Positions 1-9,212 of a stretch of 64,000 nucleotides of DNA are shown piece by piece (position 1 is the first letter of the stretch; each line of letters starts with the position of its first letter). Source of the DNA: Patescibacteria group bacterium (GTDB lineage: Bacteria; Patescibacteriota; Minisyncoccia; Phycocordibacterales; EsbW-18); NCBI GenBank assembly GCA_038064475.1, contig JBBTTA010000001.1:47086-111085 (forward strand), read 5' to 3'. The position numbers and the translations under genes are program-made. The notes under the pieces were generated by a model. It saw only the letters and a list, made by a program, of their open reading frames with translations. It was not told the DNA's origin and searched no databases.

Positions 1-354
1 AAAGCTAATATTCTTTCCAAATAACTTTCGCATGCCAATCGCCAATTCCTGTGCTTGTTTGTAGAGACGCAAACGTTCTTGCAAATCACTTATGTCCATC
101 TCTTCTTCAGATGAAAGTGTAAACTCAGGCAACAGCGACCGAGACTTGATGAGGACTAGTGTTGATGCAACAAGGATAAATTGCGCAACATCGTGCATCG
201 GAAATGATTCTGTTTTTTCAACGTGTGCAATATATTCGTCAGCGACTTCTGCAAGCGCAATGTCGTTGATGAACAGTTTTCTCTTTTCAATCAGCTGGAG
301 CAAAAGTTCCAACGGACCTTCGAACACTCCTGTTTTGACGTTAAAATCCGACAT
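1..354 (-). CDS. scpA: Segregation/condensation protein A (5' part; runs off the window edge)
   Basis: Manual translation from ATG 354: MSDFNVKTGVFEGPLELLLQLIEKRKLFINDI...FILVASTLVLIKSRSLLP, matching the ScpA FEGPLDLLL and KSR.LLP motifs; not in the ORF track. Confidence 0.9.
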   Translation of the reverse strand, partial: MSDFNVKTGVFEGPLELLLQLIEKRKLFINDIALAEVADEYIAHVEKTESFPMHDVAQFILVASTLVLIKSRSLLPEFTLSSEEEMDISDLQERLRLYKQAQELAIGMRKLFGKNISF

Positions 355-361
355 ATCAGAA

Positions 362-1762
362 CTACTCTTTTTTCTTTAGTTGAGAGAGCCCGAGATCCCG
401 TAACACAATCGGATCAATAGGACCTGGTGCATGCATTACAGCTGTTTTTCCCTTGCCCGTCATTGGAAATGCCTGCACTTCACGCAGGTAGGATTCGCCT
501 GTCAAAATCATAATTCCTCGTTCGATGCCGAGTCCGATACCTCCGTGCGGTGGTGCTCCATGAGCAAACGCTTCTAGCATATGTCCGACACTCTTTTTAA
601 TTTCTTCGTCCGAGTAACCCATAATTTTGTATGTTGCTTCAAGGATTTCAGGTCGGTGTGCTCGGATACTGCCTCCTCCAGTCTCAAATCCGTTACACAC
701 AAGGTCGTATTGTTGCGTAACAATATTTTCAACGTTTTCTCCTTTCATGTGCCACTCCAAATGCTCTGCCATAGGCATTGAAAATGGGTTGTGTGTAAAT
801 GTCCACTTGCCATCATCTGTTTTTTCAAAGAATGGAAAATCAGTCACCCATGCATATGCAAGAATTCCCTTTTCTTTTTCTTCAGGTGTGCGCATATCGA
901 ATTTGTCCGCACCATATTTCTCCACTGCTTCTTTGTAGGTAACGCGTGGAAACGGTTTTTCTCGAATTGTTTTACCCAAACTTTCCATAACGTAGATAAT
1001 CATGCCTTCGATAGTGTCCATCACTTCATCTCGTGTTACAAACGCCATCTCAATGTCTAACTGTGTATGCTCATAGCCACGGTCAGCACGAAGATCCTCG
1101 TCGCGGATACATCGAGCTGTCTGAAAATATTTTTCAAAACCAGATGTCATCAACAACTGTTTGTATTGTTGTGGTGATTGTGGCAATGCATAAAAATTTC
1201 CTGGATTGTGTCGTGATGGTACGAGGAAGTCGCGAGAGCCTTCTGGTGTTGATTGCGTAAGAAGGGGTGTTTCAATTTCAACAAATCCTCTTGCAAATAA
1301 GTATTCACGACATTTCTGAACAAACTCACTTCGTACACGAATATTTTTTTGCATACGGGCACTACGAAGGTCCACGTATCGGTATGCAAGTCGTGTTTCT
1401 TCGTTAAGTCCCATTGTGTCTTGAGTTAGATCAAAAGGAGGTGTTTTGGCTTCAGCAAGTACCGTTATTGATTCAGCAACACATTCAAGCGAGCCATTTA
1501 GTTCGTCTGCATTAACAAGGTTTTCAGGACGCTTCTTAATGAGTCCAGTAAGTGTAATAACCCACTCTGAGCGGAGTGTGTTTGCAACAGAGAGTGCCTC
1601 TGCGTTTTTTGGAGTTACTACAACCTGTACCTTTCCTGTTTCGTCGCGGACATCAATAAAAATAAGCTTACCGTGGTCTCGTCGAACAGAAACCCACCCT
1701 GCAACAGTAACGCTGGTATCAATGTGTTTTTCAAGATCTTTAATGTAAATTCTGTTCTTCAT
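362..1762 (-). CDS. aspS: Aspartyl-tRNA synthetase, short form without GAD insertion, probably non-discriminating
   Basis: RRDHG, STPEGSRDFLVP, ALPQSPQQYKQLLM, GAPPHGG motifs; start moved to ATG 1762, which follows a TATACT -10. Confidence 0.95.
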   Translation of the reverse strand: MKNRIYIKDLEKHIDTSVTVAGWVSVRRDHGKLIFIDVRDETGKVQVVVTPKNAEALSVANTLRSEWVITLTGLIKKRPENLVNADELNGSLECVAESITVLAEAKTPPFDLTQDTMGLNEETRLAYRYVDLRSARMQKNIRVRSEFVQKCREYLFARGFVEIETPLLTQSTPEGSRDFLVPSRHNPGNFYALPQSPQQYKQLLMTSGFEKYFQTARCIRDEDLRADRGYEHTQLDIEMAFVTRDEVMDTIEGMIIYVMESLGKTIREKPFPRVTYKEAVEKYGADKFDMRTPEEKEKGILAYAWVTDFPFFEKTDDGKWTFTHNPFSMPMAEHLEWHMKGENVENIVTQQYDLVCNGFETGGGSIRAHRPEILEATYKIMGYSDEEIKKSVGHMLEAFAHGAPPHGGIGLGIERGIMILTGESYLREVQAFPMTGKGKTAVMHAPGPIDPIVLRDLGLSQLKKKE

Positions 1763-1809
1763 ATCGACTATAGTATAAAGGGTTTTTTGCCTAATTCCAA
1801 AAATGAAAC

Positions 1810-1831
1810 GGCGCCCGAATATTCGGGCGCC
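1810..1831 (-). terminator. Perfect 22-bp GC-rich palindrome, likely terminator of the orphan unit upstream of aspS
   Basis: GGCGCCCGAAT|ATTCGGGCGCC followed by GTTTCATTTTT on the minus strand. Confidence 0.6.
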
Positions 1832-1858
1832 TCTGCTAAGGAACAAACGGGGGTACCG

Positions 1859-2193
1859 TTACCGATGAGCCATGCAGAACGCGGTCTCACGGAGTCGTGG
1901 CGACCGACGCCCACCATGGTGGCGCATCTTCCGTGGAAACTGTCGCTGTTTCGTCATGCGAGTGACGAGAGACAGGTAGTGCTTCTGACACGGAACACAC
2001 GACTCATAATGCTCGAAAACCTCCTCGATGTTCGGAGTCTCCCCAGCTCGAAAGGCATTACTCGACAAACGTGGAAGGCGCCGCGAAGCTCCTTCAGATA
2101 CCCAGTAAATTCTGGGTGCTCTTCGGTGAACTTGGTTTCGCGTTCTACCTTCGACGGGACGATTGCCTTGCGAGCTTGAGCTGCATCGGGCAT
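1859..2193 (-). pseudogene. Orphan gene, apparently split by a frameshift; 3' frame has an HxxxCxxC motif
   Basis: SD GGGGAG before ATG 2193; first frame stops at 1954, overlapping -1 frame reads HYESCVPC and stops at 1859; own promoter at 2238-2266. Confidence 0.4.
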
Positions 2194-2237
2194 CTTTTCT
2201 CCCCCTTGCTACGGTTGGTACTGCTTGGTCTAAAAAC

Positions 2238-2266
2238 ACTATACGCCTCTTTAAACAATTTGTGAA
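2238..2266 (-). promoter_or_regulatory. sigma70-type promoter of the orphan unit
   Basis: TTCACA-17 bp-TATAGT directly after the trpS stop. Confidence 0.65.
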
Positions 2267-2267
2267 G

Positions 2268-3212
2268 TTAGAGAATCCCCACTTTTTCGCGGACTTCTTT
2301 CATTTTTTCTTGTGCTCGAGTACGTGCTTTCTTTGCCCCTGCTTCAAGGATTTTCAAAACTTTGTTTGGATCTTTTGCAATTTTGTCTCGACGCTCACGC
2401 ATTGGAGCAACAAATACATCAATGTCTTCAATAAGAGTGTCTTTCAGTGTCTTAAAGTTTGTTTTGTTTGCATCGTAGAGCGGTTTGAGTTCAGCTTCTT
2501 TGCGAAAGAGTTTGTGTATTGCAAAAAGGTTTTCTGGAAATTCCCCTCCTGAGTTTGTCACAATCGACATAACTGCTTTTGTGATTTCATCACGTGTTCC
2601 AAAAAGTGGAATTGTATTGTTATAGCTTTTGCTCATCTTTTGTCCGTCAGTACCCGGAACTACCGCAACATTTTCGAGAATAAGGTGTTCTGGAAGTTTG
2701 AATGTCTCGCCGTACGTATTATTGAATTTCTGCGCGATGTCACGTGCATATTCAATGTGCTGTTTTTGATCTTGTCCGATAGCAACAATATCAGCGCTCG
2801 GCATCAAAATATCTGCCGCCATCAAAACCGGATAATCAAAAAGGCCAACTGTTGGTTCAGTGTTTTTTGCAACAGCATCTTTGTACGCATGCGCACGTTG
2901 CATGAAAGGTACCGTTACAAGTGTATTAAAAATCCACGTAAGTTCTGTCACTTCAGGAACATCAGACTGCACATAGAGCGTTGTCTTCTCTGGATCCAAA
3001 CCAATCGCAAGGTAATCCATCGCAATATCAAGGGTATCTTTCAAAAGCTGATCTTTATCCTGCAGACCAATAAGCGCATGATAATTCGCGATAAAGACAA
3101 AAACATCGTGCGTATCCTGAAGATCCACATACTGCTTCATCGCACCAAAATAGTTGCCGATATGTACACGACCGCTTGGCTTTACGCCTGACACCATTAC
3201 TTTTTTAGACAT
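2268..3212 (-). CDS. trpS: Tryptophanyl-tRNA synthetase
   Basis: HIGNY, YPVLMAADIL, GQDQKQH, KMSKS motifs. Confidence 0.97.
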   Translation of the reverse strand: MSKKVMVSGVKPSGRVHIGNYFGAMKQYVDLQDTHDVFVFIANYHALIGLQDKDQLLKDTLDIAMDYLAIGLDPEKTTLYVQSDVPEVTELTWIFNTLVTVPFMQRAHAYKDAVAKNTEPTVGLFDYPVLMAADILMPSADIVAIGQDQKQHIEYARDIAQKFNNTYGETFKLPEHLILENVAVVPGTDGQKMSKSYNNTIPLFGTRDEITKAVMSIVTNSGGEFPENLFAIHKLFRKEAELKPLYDANKTNFKTLKDTLIEDIDVFVAPMRERRDKIAKDPNKVLKILEAGAKKARTRAQEKMKEVREKVGIL

Positions 3213-3265
3213 AATCCTATAATAACAGACCTTTCACCTTACGTTTATATTTTGTACTATAGACA

Positions 3266-3463
3266 AAGACGGTTTTCGAGCGAGCTGGCTCTGGTTCCTG
3301 CCCTAAGAATGGAGTTCCACCGGAAGGTACCCTCAGTACCAACCACACCACATCGGTGTAACACACCGTAAAGACCCCGGGACACATCATGTCCGTCAAC
3401 GACAACCAGACCAGTGTAGTTCGCTCACGCAGCAAGGCCCGAGGCAGCAGCCTCGGGTTTTTT
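3266..3463 (+). ncRNA. Candidate structured ncRNA (6S-like rod)
   Basis: -10 TACTAT at 3255-3260; 3278-3296 pairs with 3404-3426; plus-strand terminator 3438-3463; no credible ORF. Confidence 0.5.
3438..3463 (+). terminator. Intrinsic terminator
   Basis: CCCGAGGC-AGCA-GCCTCGGG followed by TTTTTT. Confidence 0.8.
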
Positions 3464-3473
3464 AATGGAGTAC

Positions 3474-4769
3474 TTACGCTGTCAAATAGGCTTCAAGTTG
3501 CGCAAGAGAAACTCGTTCCTGTTTCATCGTATCACGGTCACGAATCGTTATCGTGCCGTCTTCAAGTGTTTGGTGGTCAACGGTAACGCAGATTGGTGTA
3601 CCAATTTCATCCTGACGACGGTAGCGCTTACCAATCGAACCCGATTCATCGTAGAGCACACGTGTTTTCTTGCGGAGTGTTGCAAAAATCTCTTTTGCTT
3701 TCTCACCCATGCCGTCCTTTTTCATCAATGGCAAAATAGCAACCATGTAGGGAGCAATTGCTCGTGCAAGTTTCAAAACAACACGAGTTTCCTCACCTAC
3801 TTCTTCTTCGTGGTATGCATCTGTGAGAACAGCGAGAACCGTTCGATCAACACCAAATGTTGGTTCAACCACATGCGGAACAAAACGTTCTTTTGTTTCT
3901 TCATCAAAGTATGAAAGGTCTTTGCTACTTGCTGCAGCGTGATTCTTAAGGTCATAGTCAGTTCGGTACGCAAGACCATAGAGCTCTTGCTGACCAAAAG
4001 GGTAGTCGAATTCAAAATCAACTGTGCGCTTTGAATAAAATGCGAGAGAATCTTTTTCAATCTCATGTTCATGAACATGCTTAGGATTGAGTCCAATTTC
4101 TTCTGTCCATGCAAGCATTGCTTTTTGTAGCATTCCAAAGGCTTCTTCCCAATTATTTGGGTGTACAAAATATTCAATTTCCATCTGTTCAAATTCACGG
4201 AGACGAAAAAGATAGTCTCGGGGTGCAATTTCATTTCGAAAAGCTTTTCCAATTTGTGCCAATCCAAACGGAAGCTTTGGGTGGAGCGAATCAAGAACGT
4301 TTTTAAAGTTAACAAACATGCCTCCCGCTGTTTCAGGGCGGAGATATGCAATTGATGCCGCATCTTCTGTTGCGCCGACAAATGTCTTAAACATCATGTT
4401 GAACTGACGCGGCTCCCCCAATTTTCCTCCACACTCAGGACATTTCTCTGTGTTTTCAAGCTGATCGGCGCGAAAACGACGCTTACACTTACTACATTCA
4501 ATAAGTGGATCAGAGAAGCCTGATACATGGCCAGATGCTTCCCATGCTTTTGGATTCATGATGATGGCGGCATCAATACCAAACATATCGTCACGATCGT
4601 GCACAAAACGCTTCCACCAAAGAGCTTTTATGTTGTTCTTGAGTTCAATACCAAGTGGTCCGTAATCATATGTACCGGCCATACCGCCGTAGATCTCAGA
4701 ACCCTGAAATATAAAACCGCGACGTTTCGCGAGTGAGACTATCTTTTCCATTCTATCGTCTGCTGCCAT
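3474..4769 (-). CDS. glyQS: Glycyl-tRNA synthetase, homodimeric (alpha2) type
   Basis: YDYGPLG, LRPETA, QIGKAFRNE, REFEQME, IGKRYRRQDEIGTP; start moved to ATG 4769. Confidence 0.96.
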   Translation of the reverse strand: MAADDRMEKIVSLAKRRGFIFQGSEIYGGMAGTYDYGPLGIELKNNIKALWWKRFVHDRDDMFGIDAAIIMNPKAWEASGHVSGFSDPLIECSKCKRRFRADQLENTEKCPECGGKLGEPRQFNMMFKTFVGATEDAASIAYLRPETAGGMFVNFKNVLDSLHPKLPFGLAQIGKAFRNEIAPRDYLFRLREFEQMEIEYFVHPNNWEEAFGMLQKAMLAWTEEIGLNPKHVHEHEIEKDSLAFYSKRTVDFEFDYPFGQQELYGLAYRTDYDLKNHAAASSKDLSYFDEETKERFVPHVVEPTFGVDRTVLAVLTDAYHEEEVGEETRVVLKLARAIAPYMVAILPLMKKDGMGEKAKEIFATLRKKTRVLYDESGSIGKRYRRQDEIGTPICVTVDHQTLEDGTITIRDRDTMKQERVSLAQLEAYLTA

Positions 4770-4790
4770 ATAGAAATCAGTATACCTCAT

Positions 4791-5070
4791 AAAGAAAAGC
4801 CCGTACACAGAATCGTGCAGGGCTTCGAGGGTTGCTCCCGAAGGAGCGAATGTACAACGGTGGGTGGTGGTGGACTACATGAACTGCGTGGCGAGCTAAC
4901 CAATTCTTCTTTTTGATTGTTTCGCGGTCATGTTGACCGGCTCTTTGCGACCGGCCGCGGGGGCGGGTCGATTCTTCGCAGCACTCGTGCGGCACTTTCG
5001 CCTTGCGCAAGGTCTTGCGACACGACGCTGGTGCTTCGGCTGAGCTCATTTTCAAACCACCACCACCCAC
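4791..5070 (-). ncRNA. Candidate structured ncRNA or glyQS leader
   Basis: Promoter TTGCAT-16-TATACT (5075-5102); 14-bp perfect closing helix 5057-5070/4860-4873; UUCG hairpin 4834-4847; terminator 4791-4825. Confidence 0.55.
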
Positions 5071-5107
5071 ACGTAGTATACCAGACTATTTTAGAAATGC
5101 AAGTAAT

Positions 5108-5300
5108 AGAAAAGGCCCGTCTACCGTAGGCAGACGAGCCGGAAAGAACGGTGGTGAAGATCTGGGGTGCAATCCGCTACGAATCAGTAGAGGACTGAGC
5201 AATTTGGAAACACCTTATCACCATTTCGGGGACGAACCATCCGGGTGAGAGCTCGAAGAGAGCTCGGTTTCCTGTGCACCTGATCGGTCCTCACCACCAC
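5108..5300 (-). ncRNA. Candidate multibranch ncRNA
   Basis: Promoter TTGTAA-16-TATAGT (5305-5332); 11-bp closing helix 5288-5298/5150-5160; nested stems; terminator 5108-5140. Confidence 0.55.
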
Positions 5301-5336
5301 AAACACTATAGCACACATCAAAAATATTACAACCCA

Positions 5337-5378
5337 CAACCAAGTTCTAGAATTCTATAGAATTCTAGAACTTGGTTG
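5337..5378. repeat. Perfect 42-bp palindrome
   Basis: CAACCAAGTTCTAGAATTCTA|TAGAATTCTAGAACTTGGTTG. Confidence 0.95.
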
Positions 5379-5419
5379 ACGTTAATTGTCCCTGAAAAAT
5401 CACGAAGTAGATGGAGTGA

Positions 5420-6499
5420 TTAGAGTCCTTCCGCCTTGAGATGTTCAATCGCCTCTTTTGCCTTCTTTGAAAGTTTGACTGGGATATCAACGGTCACGTG
5501 AACGAGCAAATTACCTCGTCGATCACCCGCTGGAACACCTTTATTCTTCAGACGAATATAGTCCCCCGTCTTTACACCAGAGGGTATTGAAATTTCTTCT
5601 TTTCCTTCCAACGTCTCAATTGTTTTCTTTGCGCCCAAAAGTGCATCGGTGAGTTTTACATCCATCTCCATTATCAAATCGACACCTTCTTTGCGAAAAT
5701 ATGCATGCGAACGAACATGTACTTTTATGTACAAATCTCCGGGCACACCGTTTTGAATTGCTTCGCCTGCGCCCGTAAGACGAATCATTTCGCCATCGTT
5801 AATGCCACTTGGAATTCTGATTTTTACTTCTTGCTGACCTTTAGTTACACCTACACCCTTACATGTCTCACATTTTTCTTTTGGAATTTCGCCGCGACCG
5901 TGACAGGTGCTGCATGTTGTCACTGTTGAGAAGGTGCCAAACATTGATGACTTTGTTTCGTGAATTTTTCCCTTACCATTACACGTTGTGCATGTTTCTT
6001 TTGGTGTACCAGGTTTTGCACCGTCGCCCCTACACGTCTCACATGGCGCTGTTTTATTCAACATCATGGTACGGTCGGTGCCAAACACAGCGTCTTTAAA
6101 ATCAAGCTCGACGTCAACTGAAATATCGCGGCCACGACGTTGCCGTGTTCCCCCTTGTCGTCCTCCCATTCCAAAAATGTCGCCGAAAATATCTCCGAGA
6201 TCAAATTCAACGCCACCCTGACCGTTTGCAAATCCAGAGAAATCAAAACCTTGTGCGCCGAATCCTCCAAACCCCCCCGCACCACCCATATTTCCATCAG
6301 CATTGCCAAAACGATCGTACTGCGCGCGCTTTGATTCATCAGAAAGCACTGTGTATGCCTCGTTCACTTCTTTGAACTTCGCTTCATTCCCTCCCTTCTT
6401 GTCAGGGTGATACTTGTGCGCAAGTTTGTGGAATGCCTTTTTGATGTCGTCTTTTGAAGCCCCTTTTTCAATCCCGAGTGTTGAGTAATAGTCCTTCAT
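5420..6499 (-). CDS. dnaJ: Chaperone DnaJ
   Basis: J domain HPD, G/F-rich region, four CxxCxGxG repeats. Confidence 0.98.
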   Translation of the reverse strand: MKDYYSTLGIEKGASKDDIKKAFHKLAHKYHPDKKGGNEAKFKEVNEAYTVLSDESKRAQYDRFGNADGNMGGAGGFGGFGAQGFDFSGFANGQGGVEFDLGDIFGDIFGMGGRQGGTRQRRGRDISVDVELDFKDAVFGTDRTMMLNKTAPCETCRGDGAKPGTPKETCTTCNGKGKIHETKSSMFGTFSTVTTCSTCHGRGEIPKEKCETCKGVGVTKGQQEVKIRIPSGINDGEMIRLTGAGEAIQNGVPGDLYIKVHVRSHAYFRKEGVDLIMEMDVKLTDALLGAKKTIETLEGKEEISIPSGVKTGDYIRLKNKGVPAGDRRGNLLVHVTVDIPVKLSKKAKEAIEHLKAEGL

Positions 6500-6539
6500 A
6501 GATTTTTGAATTGTAACACAAAATTCTTATCGAGACAAC

Positions 6540-6568
6540 AAAACAGCCCTTATACAGGGTTGTTTTTT
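6540..6568. terminator. Hairpin terminator after dnaK
   Basis: AAAACAGCCCT-TATAC-AGGGTTGTTTT. Confidence 0.6.
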
Positions 6569-6570
6569 AA

Positions 6571-8430
6571 CTATGCGTCGTGAACCGTACCTTCATCTTT
6601 CTGTTCTTTGTTCTCTGTTGCTTGTTCTGTATTTTTCGACATGGATTCGCCTATTTTTTGCATTTCTTTTGAAAGTTCGTCTGATGCTGTTTTGATCTCT
6701 TCAACAGTACCTGTGTCGCGTGCTTTTTTAAGTGCATCAACTTTTTCTGTAACATTCTTCTTCACATCCTCAGGAACTTTATCTCCCGCGTCAGTTAATG
6801 CTTTTTCTGCAGTCACAATCAAGTGCTCTGCTGTGTTGCGAGAGTCTGCCGTCTCACGCTTTTTCTTATCTTCATCGGCGTGCTTTTCTGCGTCTGCTTT
6901 CATACGCTGAATTTCATCGTCCGTTAATGCTGAACTACCCTCAATACGAATTGATTGTTCTTTGCCTGACGTTTTATCTTTTGCCTTCACAGTTAAAATA
7001 CCATTCGCATCGAGATCAAATGACACTTCAACTTGTGGCATACCGCGTTGCGCTGGTGGAATACCTTCCAACACAAAGCGTCCAAGCGTTTTGTTGTCAG
7101 CTGCCATTGGGCGCTCCCCTTGAACAGCATGAATTTCTACTGATGTTTGATTATCGGATGCTGTTGAGAATGTCTGCGACTTACTTGCAGGAATTGTCGT
7201 ATTCTTATCAATAAGTTTTGTTGCAACACCTCCGAGTGTTTCGATACCAAGAGAAAGTGGTGTCACATCGAGCAAAAGCACATCGCGAACATCACCTTGC
7301 AAAATACCTCCTTGAATTGCCGCGCCGGCAGCAACCACTTCGTCTGGGTTGATTGAACGGTTTGGTTCTTTGCCGAAGAATTCTTTTACGGCTGTTTGAA
7401 TTGCTGGCATGCGTGTCTGACCACCAACAAGGATAACTTCGTTAATATCATTCAAGCTAAAACCAGAATCTTTCACGACGTCTTTTGTAATGGCGATTGA
7501 TCGGTCAATAAATTCTTTTGCGATACCTTCAAGAGTTGCTCGGCTCATTTTCAAAAGAAGGTGCCGAGGACCTGATGAGTCTGACGTAATGAAGGGAAGG
7601 TTGATTTCAGTATCGAGAGCTGTTGAAAGTTCGTGCTTTGCTTTCTCAGCACCTTCGTCAAGTCGCTGCAGTGCGAGTGGGTCTTTTGAGATATCAATTC
7701 CTGACTCTTTCCTGAACTCATCGAGAATCCAGCGAACAATCTTTTGATCAATATCACGACCACCCAAGTGACTGTCGCCACCCGTTGCTTTTACCTCAAC
7801 AACGTCTTCAGAGACTTCAAGCACAGAAATATCGAATGTTCCTCCACCGAAGTCGAAGACAGCAATCTTCTCGTTCTTTCGTTTATTAAATCCGTATGCG
7901 AGCGCAGCTGCTGTTGGTTCGTTGATGATGCGTTCCACATCAAGTCCTGCAATTTTTCCGGCATCCTTTGTTGCCTTACGCTGTGCATCGTTGAAGTATG
8001 CAGGCACGGTGATAACCGCTTTTGTGATTTTTTCACCAAGCTTTGCTTCTGCATCTGCTTTAAGCTTACCCAAAATCATCGCGGATACTTCTTCAGGACG
8101 GTGCTCTTTGCTGTTCAACATAACTGCCGCACCTCCGTCACTACCTTTTACGATTTCAAATGGCACTGCACCTTTTTCTTTCTGCACCGTTGATTCATCA
8201 AACTTGTGCCCCATGAGGCGCTTAATGCCGTAAATTGTGTTCTTTGGGTTTGTCACAGCCTGTCGGCGTGCGATGAGACCCACTAGACGCTCTCCTGTTT
8301 TTGAAATAGCCACAACTGATGGTGTTGTGCGCGTACCCTCGGCGTTTTCGAGGATTTTTGGCTCGCCACCTTCGATGACGGCCATTGCTGAGTTTGTTGT
8401 TCCCAAATCAATTCCAAGAATTTTCGTCAT
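6571..8430 (-). CDS. dnaK: Chaperone DnaK
   Basis: [28 protein letters not shown] motifs. Confidence 0.99.
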   Translation of the reverse strand: MTKILGIDLGTTNSAMAVIEGGEPKILENAEGTRTTPSVVAISKTGERLVGLIARRQAVTNPKNTIYGIKRLMGHKFDESTVQKEKGAVPFEIVKGSDGGAAVMLNSKEHRPEEVSAMILGKLKADAEAKLGEKITKAVITVPAYFNDAQRKATKDAGKIAGLDVERIINEPTAAALAYGFNKRKNEKIAVFDFGGGTFDISVLEVSEDVVEVKATGGDSHLGGRDIDQKIVRWILDEFRKESGIDISKDPLALQRLDEGAEKAKHELSTALDTEINLPFITSDSSGPRHLLLKMSRATLEGIAKEFIDRSIAITKDVVKDSGFSLNDINEVILVGGQTRMPAIQTAVKEFFGKEPNRSINPDEVVAAGAAIQGGILQGDVRDVLLLDVTPLSLGIETLGGVATKLIDKNTTIPASKSQTFSTASDNQTSVEIHAVQGERPMAADNKTLGRFVLEGIPPAQRGMPQVEVSFDLDANGILTVKAKDKTSGKEQSIRIEGSSALTDDEIQRMKADAEKHADEDKKKRETADSRNTAEHLIVTAEKALTDAGDKVPEDVKKNVTEKVDALKKARDTGTVEEIKTASDELSKEMQKIGESMSKNTEQATENKEQKDEGTVHDA

Positions 8431-8456
8431 ATGTTGTGATTATATTTGTATAAAAA

Positions 8457-9014
8457 TTATTTTGCTTCTCCTACAAGAACCTTCGGCGCTCGTATCAACT
8501 TCGTATGCAACCGATATCCTTTTTGCACGACTTCGAGAATTTTTCCATTATCCTCCTTATGCACTTCTCGCGTTCCTATTGATTCATGTACGTTCGGGTC
8601 AAACATTGCATCAAGCGGATTTAGTTGCGTCACGCCGTTTTTTTCAAGCACAGCGAGAAGTTGATTGTATATGTACTCGATGCCTTGACGCCAGTTAGGA
8701 GGTGTTTTCTCCCATGCAGTGCGATCTCGGAATGCCATATCGAAGCTATCAAGAACAGGAATAAGGTCTGAGACAACGTCTTCACTTGCATACTCGCGAA
8801 TACGTTTCTTCTCCTGTTCAATATCTTTCTTGTAGTTAATAAGGTCCGCTTTTGCACGCTGCCAACCTTCAAGATATTCTGTACGTTCCTTTTTTACCGT
8901 GTCCAATTCAGACGCCTTTGCGCTGTCAGATTTCTTTTTGAACGAGGTCGTTTCTTCAGGTACGGCCTCAAATTCTACATCTTGTTCTTCGTTCTTGTGT
9001 TTTTTGTGTGTCAT
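8457..9014 (-). CDS. grpE: Nucleotide exchange factor GrpE
   Basis: RAKADLINYKK, FDPNVHE, QKGY..IRAPKV; upstream of dnaK. Confidence 0.96.
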   Translation of the reverse strand: MTHKKHKNEEQDVEFEAVPEETTSFKKKSDSAKASELDTVKKERTEYLEGWQRAKADLINYKKDIEQEKKRIREYASEDVVSDLIPVLDSFDMAFRDRTAWEKTPPNWRQGIEYIYNQLLAVLEKNGVTQLNPLDAMFDPNVHESIGTREVHKEDNGKILEVVQKGYRLHTKLIRAPKVLVGEAK

Positions 9015-9033
9015 ACGAGAAAAAAACGGGTAC

Positions 9034-9209
9034 GCCGTTTCTTTCGGTGCCGAAGAAACGGCAAATAGTAGTGCTAACTACTGACTATCGCTTAGACCAC
9101 TGAGAACACGTAAGTGTTCTTTTGAAAACCCACGGTTTTCAACGTTCGAAGACTCACTGCTTTCCTCCACAGAAACCTCTCGGTTTCTGACTCTTCCCAG
9201 CAATGGTCA
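9034..9209. other. Multi-hairpin intergenic element between rpsI and grpE
   Basis: Five hairpins; three are enclosed by GACCA/TGGTC. Confidence 0.6.
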
Positions 9210-9212
9210 AAA

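Noticed and set aside
3434-3452. AAGGCCCGAGGCAGCAGCC resembling the SRP RNA helix 8 motif
   Set aside because: No GNRA tetraloop stem; fully explained as a terminator hairpin
4791-5300. tmRNA, RNase P RNA or T-box identity for the structured units
   Set aside because: No T-loop GTTCGA and acceptor-stem ends, no GAGGAAAGTCC P4 motif, no T-box antiterminator consensus
9070-9077. CIRCE operator upstream of grpE (also GAGTGCTAA at 56269)
   Set aside because: Only one half-site in each case; no partner at 9-nt spacing
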